Source: Bacteroidia bacterium
GTDB lineage: Bacteria > Bacteroidota > Bacteroidia > Chitinophagales > Saprospiraceae
Reading direction: 5' to 3'
Length of the DNA stretch: 64,000 nucleotides
Assembly (NCBI GenBank): GCA_030433135.1
Contig: JAUILF010000001.1
Span: forward strand, 2,891 to 66,890
Position 1 is the first letter of the stretch. Each line of letters begins with the position of its first letter. Below are positions 37,427 to 45,100 of the stretch, piece after piece. The position numbers and the translations under genes were made by a program. The notes under the pieces were generated by a model. It worked only from the letters and a program-made list of their open reading frames with translations, was not told the origin of the DNA and made no database searches.

Positions 37427-38806
37427 CTATCTCAATATTTTTCCCTCTTTCCGGTATTCTTTTCGAATGCCGTCAATTATATCGGCCATGTCAATCATAT
37501 GATTCGACCGGTCCATTGCTCTCAGGCAACAAAACTGAACGACATTCATGATCTCTGCTCCTGTGAGATCATATTTCTGTGCAATACTGTTGATTTGACC
37601 ATTCACATGTAAGGTCACTTTCTTTGGAAACGCCTTTTTCCAGATCAGTAAGCGCTCAGCCGGGGTCGGAGACGGGAAATGAATGACGGATTGAAACCGG
37701 CGCACAAAGGCATCATCGATATTCGATTTGAAATTAGATGCCAGAATGACGAGTCCATTATAATCTTCGACACGCTGGAGGAGGTAAGACACCTCCTGAT
37801 TGGCATATTTATCATGAGCGTCCCTGACATTCGTTCTCTTTCCAAAAAGTGCATCAGCCTCATCAAAGAATAATATCCAATCTTTATTCTCAGCTTTCGC
37901 AAATAAATTGGCCAGATTCTTTTCTGTTTCTCCAATAAATTTGGAAACAACCATTGATAAGTCAATTTTATACACATCTCTTCCCATATATTTAGCCAAC
38001 AAGCTGGCAGTCATGGTTTTACCTGTCCCCGGTGGCCCGTGAAATAACACACGATAACCAGGCTTTAGTTTTTTCCTCATGTCCCAGTCTTCCAATACCT
38101 GATTGCCGTGCTTTAGCCAGAGTTTGAGTTCAGCCACCTGTTCCATAGTTTCAGGATTCAACACTAAATCATCCCATTCAAACGCTGTTTCAACAAGTTG
38201 AGCCGGAAAACGCAGGCTGAACTGCGGCCTGGTCATTTTCCCTCGTGTCAATAGATCAACCAGTTCTGTTGATATGATCAATTGACCACTCATTCGTGGC
38301 TCACCCTCTTCAGGCTCATTCAACCAGACAATGCGGGATTTCACCAGAAATGCATCTTGATCGAACAAGTTTTGCACACTGGCCCGCTGCACGAAATCCG
38401 TACCACACAACAAAAACATCACGGTTTCTCCGGTTGGCAGAAATCCCCGGAAGTTTTTTCCCCTGGTCCCACCAAGCTGAGGAAAATCTCCGGAAGTTTT
38501 CAGGTACTCCTGCATCAAATTTCCCAGGAATTCGGGATAGATATGTGGCACCAGAGCAAGTATAAGCACCAGACGCTCAGCTGTTGAGAATTCGTTCTGC
38601 ACCACGAATTTTGCATAGAAGTTTGAAGCCATTTCCACTGCAGGCGGATCAAAAGAAAATGAATCTTTTGCTTTTTGGAAATGCGATTCCAGCCGGTATT
38701 GAATACACTGTCGCAACCAGCCAAGCTCCCGGCGGATAAATTGATCAAGACTCAGGAAGTATTCGTGGTTCATAGGACCAGATTTTAATGATTGAGTTGT
38801 TTTCAT
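37427..38806 (-). CDS. AAA+ ATPase, Afp15/Pvc15-like eCIS ATPase
   Basis: VLFHGPPGTGKTMTASLLA (Walker A), ILFFDEADALFGKR (Walker B), and LVILASNFKSNIDDAFVRRF (sensor/Arg finger region), with a ~230-aa N-terminal domain. The start overlaps the stop of the upstream DUF4157 gene (TAATG at 38804-38808). Confidence 0.85.
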   Translation of the reverse strand: MKTTQSLKSGPMNHEYFLSLDQFIRRELGWLRQCIQYRLESHFQKAKDSFSFDPPAVEMASNFYAKFVVQNEFSTAERLVLILALVPHIYPEFLGNLMQEYLKTSGDFPQLGGTRGKNFRGFLPTGETVMFLLCGTDFVQRASVQNLFDQDAFLVKSRIVWLNEPEEGEPRMSGQLIISTELVDLLTRGKMTRPQFSLRFPAQLVETAFEWDDLVLNPETMEQVAELKLWLKHGNQVLEDWDMRKKLKPGYRVLFHGPPGTGKTMTASLLAKYMGRDVYKIDLSMVVSKFIGETEKNLANLFAKAENKDWILFFDEADALFGKRTNVRDAHDKYANQEVSYLLQRVEDYNGLVILASNFKSNIDDAFVRRFQSVIHFPSPTPAERLLIWKKAFPKKVTLHVNGQINSIAQKYDLTGAEIMNVVQFCCLRAMDRSNHMIDMADIIDGIRKEYRKEGKILR

Positions 38807-40092
38807 TAGGCATGAGCCTGACCGGGATCCGGCATTCCCGGATCGGGCTGTCTTCTGCGACGGGGCTCGCTTAAGTCGATATCTACGATGCTACAAGACC
38901 CTGAGGAATCAATTTGAAGGCCTCCTGTCCAGCTCATCATCATTACGGGGATTGGACCAAGCTGGTCAAATAGCCGGGCTCGAACAAAATAGGCGCCACG
39001 GTTTGGTTCCAGTTCAAACCTGGCAATGACTTTGACCTTCTTTCTATCTCCATTGGGTCTGGTAAATTCATATTGAAATATCAGGCGACCATTTGGATTC
39101 GGAAGCTCAATCTTTGTTTCAACTAAATTGGCCGGAACAGCATTTGTAACATGATTGCCGTAATTCGCTTTGATAAAGTGGAAGGCATGTTGACTTACCC
39201 ATTCACTCACCACTTCATTCAGGTTATTGCAGGCTGACAAATTGGTGACATAGCCAAGTTGACCGGTTACCGGTTGTGCTGGTTGGGTCTCCTCTTGCCG
39301 GTTGATTTGTACATCGCCCAGATTGTTGACAGGCGTCTGCTGTACTACATGGGTCAATTCATGTGCCAGCAACCGTTGACCTGCCCCTGTTTCGGGGTTG
39401 TATTTTCCCTGATTAAAATAGATGTGATTTCCAGTGGTAAACGCCTGTGCATGCAACTTTTGATTCATCGATACTGCTTCATCATCGGTGTGAATATTCA
39501 CCTGCGCAAAATCCTTTCCAAATGCTGACTCCATTTGCTTTCGCACCCTGGTTGACATCTTTTTGCCTCGATTTTTTTTCTTCCTCAGTTGCTTTGACAA
39601 GCCCTTTTTCGAAGGTGTCGAATGCCCCCGGGTACTCTTTTGTTGAATTGCCTGATTTTCTTCCTCCTCCCTGGGTTTTTGTTCATTTGGCTCATGCATA
39701 GCTTGCACCGGTTCTTGATTTTCTTCCTCCTTTTGTGTCTCGTCAGCTTGTTCCTGGATAAGTTTATCCTTTTCCATCCGGTCCTCAGCCGTTGTCAATT
39801 TCTCATCTTCAGCCGGGGTGGCCAACGAGGTTCTCTGAATTGAAGAGATCTCTTTTTCCTGAACAGAAGGTGTTTCATGATTAGACCGGTTTACTACGGC
39901 GTTGGCAACCGAATCCGCCTCTTTCTCATAGCGATCACCCGGCTGGCCTACGGTCAGTTTGGTTTGGAAAAAGGATTCATCCTGCTTCTCTTCTTCCTTT
40001 TGCTCCATCTTCTGGAAGAAAGGAGATTCCTTTTGTTCTCCCGGCTGTTGGTTTTTGAGTCTTCTTGACTTAGGATTACTTTTGAATGACAT
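38806..40092 (-). CDS. DUF4157 (zincin-like 'eCIS core') domain protein, 428 aa, with unassigned C-terminal domain
   Basis: KLTVGQPGDRYEKEADSVANAVV, then ESAFGKDFAQVNIHTDDEAVSMNQKLHAQAFTTGNHIYFNQGKYNPETGAGQRLLAHELTHVVQQ (HExxH at nt about 39335-39375). The linker is charged and low-complexity. The C-terminal roughly 170 aa look beta-rich. Confidence 0.85.
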   Translation of the reverse strand: MSFKSNPKSRRLKNQQPGEQKESPFFQKMEQKEEEKQDESFFQTKLTVGQPGDRYEKEADSVANAVVNRSNHETPSVQEKEISSIQRTSLATPAEDEKLTTAEDRMEKDKLIQEQADETQKEEENQEPVQAMHEPNEQKPREEEENQAIQQKSTRGHSTPSKKGLSKQLRKKKNRGKKMSTRVRKQMESAFGKDFAQVNIHTDDEAVSMNQKLHAQAFTTGNHIYFNQGKYNPETGAGQRLLAHELTHVVQQTPVNNLGDVQINRQEETQPAQPVTGQLGYVTNLSACNNLNEVVSEWVSQHAFHFIKANYGNHVTNAVPANLVETKIELPNPNGRLIFQYEFTRPNGDRKKVKVIARFELEPNRGAYFVRARLFDQLGPIPVMMMSWTGGLQIDSSGSCSIVDIDLSEPRRRRQPDPGMPDPGQAHA

Positions 40093-40110
40093 TTTTGTGA
40101 ATTTGCGTAG

Positions 40111-40722
40111 TTAAGGAATCTGATTATCCACTTTTTCAATAAATATCCGGTCAATCGATCTTAGAGACTCTTTATTCCTGAGCTCATCCGCCTTTATTTT
40201 GATCATCGTATTCAATTCTGCTCTATCAGGATTTTCTTTGAGTTCTTGTTCGGCTTTTGCTATTTCCATTATTGATCTATTCTTGGCAAGTAGTTCACTA
40301 TCTGGTTTTTGCATCTCCAACTTTTGGATCAGAGAATCAGCTTCATTGAATTGGTTGAGAACAATATGGGCTTCCAGTAATACATTTGCTTGATAAAATG
40401 AGCGAAGCGGTCTGCTTTCCAACCGTTCAACTTCCTCCTTCACACCCTCTTTCAGGTCCTCATTTTCAGGTTGATCTGCCAACTGGGTAATCTTTGTTTC
40501 AAAACTTAGGATATCTTTCATAAATGAAAAGGACTGAATGGAAGGGTATCCGATGAATACCAGTGGTAGTAGAAAATATAACCCATATTTCCATTCAATC
40601 GGGCCTTTTTTCACTTGATATATGAAGGCCCAAAGAGCAACAAAAAAGAGAATAATGCCCAATATCATGAGGATGAGCTCATGAGTATACATGGTCTGGA
40701 AAAATTGAGAAATTGAGTTCAT
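40111..40722 (-). CDS. Membrane protein, 2 N-terminal TM helices + helical (TPR-like) cytoplasmic part, 203 aa
   Basis: LILMILGIILFFVALWAFIY and GLYFLLPLVFIGYPSIQSF. The start overlaps the ParA stop by 4 nt. Confidence 0.65.
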   Translation of the reverse strand: MNSISQFFQTMYTHELILMILGIILFFVALWAFIYQVKKGPIEWKYGLYFLLPLVFIGYPSIQSFSFMKDILSFETKITQLADQPENEDLKEGVKEEVERLESRPLRSFYQANVLLEAHIVLNQFNEADSLIQKLEMQKPDSELLAKNRSIMEIAKAEQELKENPDRAELNTMIKIKADELRNKESLRSIDRIFIEKVDNQIP

Positions 40723-41492
40723 TTTATTCTATTGTCATATTTGGTGAGGAATTCCTGCGCGAGATTCGTATAGTCTGTAGCTCCATTCGATTTCATTTCG
40801 TATGAGAAAATATCCTTTCCCTTTTCCTGTGCCATGGCCAGGGCAATATTGGTCCGGATAGAAGTTTGAAACAATGTACCCGGAAATTCCTGCTTGATTT
40901 GCTCTTTGACCTGTTGGTGCATTGTTTTGCGTCTGTCAAATTTCGTCAGCACGATTCCCATGATATCTAATTGTAGATTCAACGACCGTTTTAATTTACG
41001 CACATGTTCCAAAAAGCTCAACAATCCCTTGAAGTGTAAAAACTCGGCTTGCATAGGCAGTACAATGGAATCACTGGCGTGCAGTGCATTTACGGTAAGC
41101 ATATTGATCGCAGGGGGGCAATCAATTAAAATAAAGTCATATGTTGTAATGAGCGGGTGCAACAAACTTTGCAAAATTCTTTCGCGGCCATAAATATTGA
41201 CCAATTCCAATTCGGCTCCAGCCAATTCTATTGACGATGGCAATAAGTCTAAACCAGCATTTTTGATGATTGAATCTTGCACATTGACATTCTGGCCATT
41301 CGCCATGGCCATGATCAGGTGATATATACTTTTTTGTGGTTCCATTTCCCCTAATCCATGAGTCAGGCTTGCCTGCGGGTCAAGATCTATGAGTAAGACG
41401 CTTTTGCCAAGCCTGGCAAGTGCTGCTCCCAGGTTGATCGTGGTCGTTGTTTTACCCGATCCACCTTTTTGTATGGCTATAGAGATAATCAT
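40719..41492 (-). CDS. ParA/Soj/MinD-family deviant Walker A ATPase (orphan, no ParB)
   Basis: MIISIAIQKGGSGKTTTTINLGAALARLGKSVLLIDLDPQASLT and FILIDCPP. There are 4-nt start/stop overlaps on both sides. Confidence 0.85.
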   Translation of the reverse strand: MIISIAIQKGGSGKTTTTINLGAALARLGKSVLLIDLDPQASLTHGLGEMEPQKSIYHLIMAMANGQNVNVQDSIIKNAGLDLLPSSIELAGAELELVNIYGRERILQSLLHPLITTYDFILIDCPPAINMLTVNALHASDSIVLPMQAEFLHFKGLLSFLEHVRKLKRSLNLQLDIMGIVLTKFDRRKTMHQQVKEQIKQEFPGTLFQTSIRTNIALAMAQEKGKDIFSYEMKSNGATDYTNLAQEFLTKYDNRIK

Positions 41493-42175
41493 GATTTCGA
41501 GAGCATTGACTGATACCGACTGATGTATTTTTGAAAATCAGTTTCCGGAAAAATCTTTGGAACCATGTCTAACAATTGACTTAAATATTCTCTTTGCAAT
41601 TTAAACTCAATATCATTCAGGTTGATTTTACAATACAGATATTGCCATGGAATTGCTCCCCTAAAATCCAAAAGTGTAAGAAAATAATCGTGAATATCAA
41701 TTTCCATTTTGAAGCATTCTCCCCCTCTTGATCCATCGTAGAGCCAAATTTCGGGCTCTTGATGATTTTCCATAATCCGAAATGCACTCAAAATTCCATC
41801 CCCAAATTGCGGATGTTCATCGAATGGCTTTAGAGCTTGTATCAATTCTTTTAAGTTCCCTGGCATGGAATCATTGGATAGCATGTGCTCGAGAAAGAAA
41901 ATGTCAATCACATTATTAAGATGAAATTCTCCACTAAGTCCAGGATCAGCACTATTTGGGTATATCCAGGCAAGTCCAAAATTCCCAAGTAGATCAAAGT
42001 ATTTTGAAAAAGCAGGATAGTAATCTATTCCATTTTGTTCTTCTAAGAAAACAAATTCCTCTTTAGCAATGGTTGGTTCTGTATATACCAGATGATTCAT
42101 TTCCCTAAGAATCTCTACCCTTTGTTTTTGCTTTTCATCTCGAATCATTTTGTCAAACGCTAATTGTAAGTCCAT
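41489..42175 (-). CDS. Hypothetical protein, 228 aa; candidate immunity protein for the upstream toxin
   Basis: Complete ORF that starts 10 nt after the stop of the 1764-aa toxin gene. It is acidic and has no signal peptide. The call is positional only. Confidence 0.6.
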   Translation of the reverse strand: MDLQLAFDKMIRDEKQKQRVEILREMNHLVYTEPTIAKEEFVFLEEQNGIDYYPAFSKYFDLLGNFGLAWIYPNSADPGLSGEFHLNNVIDIFFLEHMLSNDSMPGNLKELIQALKPFDEHPQFGDGILSAFRIMENHQEPEIWLYDGSRGGECFKMEIDIHDYFLTLLDFRGAIPWQYLYCKINLNDIEFKLQREYLSQLLDMVPKIFPETDFQKYISRYQSMLSKS

Positions 42176-42185
42176 TTTTCTTTTG

Positions 42186-45100
42186 TTAAAATGAGATTGA
42201 TCCTTGTTGATACAAAAGTCGTAGTTCGACGATTCGAGGTGTGGTAATAGACGAAAATCTTGATCTAATTCGTGCTAAACGTGTTGTCAAGTCTGTTATA
42301 CTCCGATAATCTCCATTATGCCGCCTTTCTGAGGTAATGACCTCCGCAAAGCTTTGGTCGAAGATCGGACTGAGGCCTTCAATCATGATTCGACCAGCCG
42401 AATTCATATTCACAACCTGTGGTCCACCGGACAGATCCGGAGGCTCCGGGTTACGAGAATGTCGTCCTCCAATTGAAACATTGTCCATTCTGAATCCAGA
42501 CCGTTTTTTCCGCCAACTATCATTTTCATAAGCATATGGCCCCCACTCCATTGTTATTGAGTTTATGTAGTCTCCGTGTGGTGATGAGTGATAGCTTATC
42601 CGAACGTCGTACCAAATCACCTTATCATGATTAACCGCTCCCTGTGCATGTCGCTCGATTTGATAGTAGAATTCAGTATTCAATGCGCTCCTTGCTGGAG
42701 TCAGGTTGGAATCCAGAGCTGGTCCACCTAGCATCTCTGTTAATAAATGCATTTTAACCCACCTCTCGCCCCTACCTGTTCTAAATTCAATTGGTAAAGC
42801 GGACCAACCAGGTAAAGTCCGACCGGAATTACTACTGGCTGGTGATCCACCTGTTGTCCTCCCTTGTTTCAAATACTCAACTTCAAAACTAGAAGCCTTC
42901 CTATTATTTCGAAAGTTTGGCTTCACCAAGGGTGGTGGTTCAGGTGGAGGAATTTTTACTTCGGCAACCTGACCATTCATTCTTTGAATAGTTGGCGGAT
43001 CTCCTGAAGAGATTGGCATAGTATGTACCCTGATCTTTGCAACTTTAAGTCTGGGGCTCATTTCACCCATGATATTCCAATCATTTTCATGGCTGTCCCA
43101 TTGCGATTCAAGTTCTTTGTATTTATACCGTTGTTTGTAATCTGAGAATATTCTGTCTAAATCCCGCTTATTGAGTTGAGATCGATCAAAACCCTCCTCG
43201 ATTCTTCTCTCAATTGCCTTCTTGCCCTTGCCCCATCGTCTTCTTCTGTTCATTAATACCCTTCCTACATCTTCACCAACTGATCGTGCTACCGGATTCA
43301 GCCCAAATCTGCGACGTGCATATAAGTGCCAGTATCCATCTTCATCATGATCACGAACTCTTAATCCTAATGTTGGTAAGCGGTCCGCAACAGTCCTAAA
43401 GGGTGCAATTGATCCTACAAACATGTTATCAGCAGCTCTCCGCGTAACACCCTCATATTGATTGTTAATTGGAGCCATGCGGGTAGCTACAGCTGTTTTA
43501 AACGCCAACCATTGTGCCCGATCTGCCGCCGCTCCACGGATGGCACGCATCACCCAGGCAATGAAATCGTCAACCAGCTTTTTAAAGTCATCGAACAACT
43601 CGCCAAATCTCCTTCCAAACCTTCGGAACAGATCTCCAACGGCTTTGATCGCATCATCCAATAGGGCTCTTGCCTTCGTGAGCAACCCACTAGCCGCACT
43701 TCTTACTCCACTTCTTATCGCATTCATTGCATTGCGCAGCCAACTGATCCCACTGGCCAATTTACTGAGCAGGGCGCCAATGCCTTTGGTCAGTAATACC
43801 TCAAACACAATTCGGCCAATTATTTCCCCGATATAAAATGCCAGATCATAATTATTGAGATTCAGAATCTTGCCAAAGAGCGACTCGGCGAATTTGCGGC
43901 CCCACTCTTCCGTTTTCCCGGCGGCGGATGAAGCTTTTTCTTCAATCCACCCGATTATGATCTCAGGTGCATTCTGTAAAAATTCAGTGACCCGTTCAAC
44001 AAAAGAATCAATATCCAGCAACTCTTCAATACGTTGTGAGATATTTTGCACCCTTTCCCGGATCTGTTGAATGAAGCTTAAATCAGGAACCAAATCCCGT
44101 AAGAAATTGATGATTCCAGTCAGGATATTTGGAATATTGATCGTCAGGCTTACAACTCCCGTGACCAAATCAACAGCTTGTTTGACAAATCCGGAGATCA
44201 TGCCCATGAGGTATCCGCCATAGGTTTGCGGATCCACAAGGAAGGTCAGCATTTTTTCCATCATTCGGATTTTTTCATCCGCCGAATATTCATCCAGGCG
44301 ATCTAAAAAGGCCGTTGCACCAGACTTAAATACATTCCAAATGGATCCGATGATACCGGCTGGTTTGAAATAATCCAGTGCTCCTCGTGCCAGTCCGATG
44401 ATATAGTCTATCGCTGCAATTTTGAGATCGTCTGGCAATACTTCCCAGGCTAGTCGAGCCATGAGAGCAACCGCATAAACAGGCCAGAAATAAGGATTTG
44501 CAAACAAAATAACCAGACCCGTAATGAAAGAGATAATCGGTCGTAAGCATTCCCAAAGCTTTGAAAGAAGATTACTCGCAGAAGATAACACGGCATCGAA
44601 CTCCTCCCGAATGCTCGCCACGAATTTGTCGAATTCCTCTTTAATTTGATGAAATACCGTTCGTAAATCACCGATGACCGTGCGGATTGCCTCAATCATT
44701 TCAATAATTCCGAGCGAATTGAAAAATTCCGTAACCGCCTCAGACAGCTGTGATATCGTAGTCGTGATCCATTCAATTGCGGGTGCCAGAAGTGATTTCA
44801 GGGTTTGAAGACCTTCCTGCAATAACGGCAGGATCTCGTTCGCAAAATACTCCTTGAGCTGGATCAACGTCTCCCATCCTTTCCAATTCGTGGCGATCCA
44901 TCTCAACGCATTCCATATATGTGGGGCTGCCTGATATAACAGAATTATTGGACCAAAGGGACTGATCAATAACAAGATTCCTCCAATTTTTCGCAGTGGT
45001 CCAAGAATGGGTTGAATATAGGTCTTAATTTCACCCCAAACGGTAGCAGCAATTTCCTTCAGCGCGTTCCAAATCGATGAAGCTGACTCTTGTAAAATGC

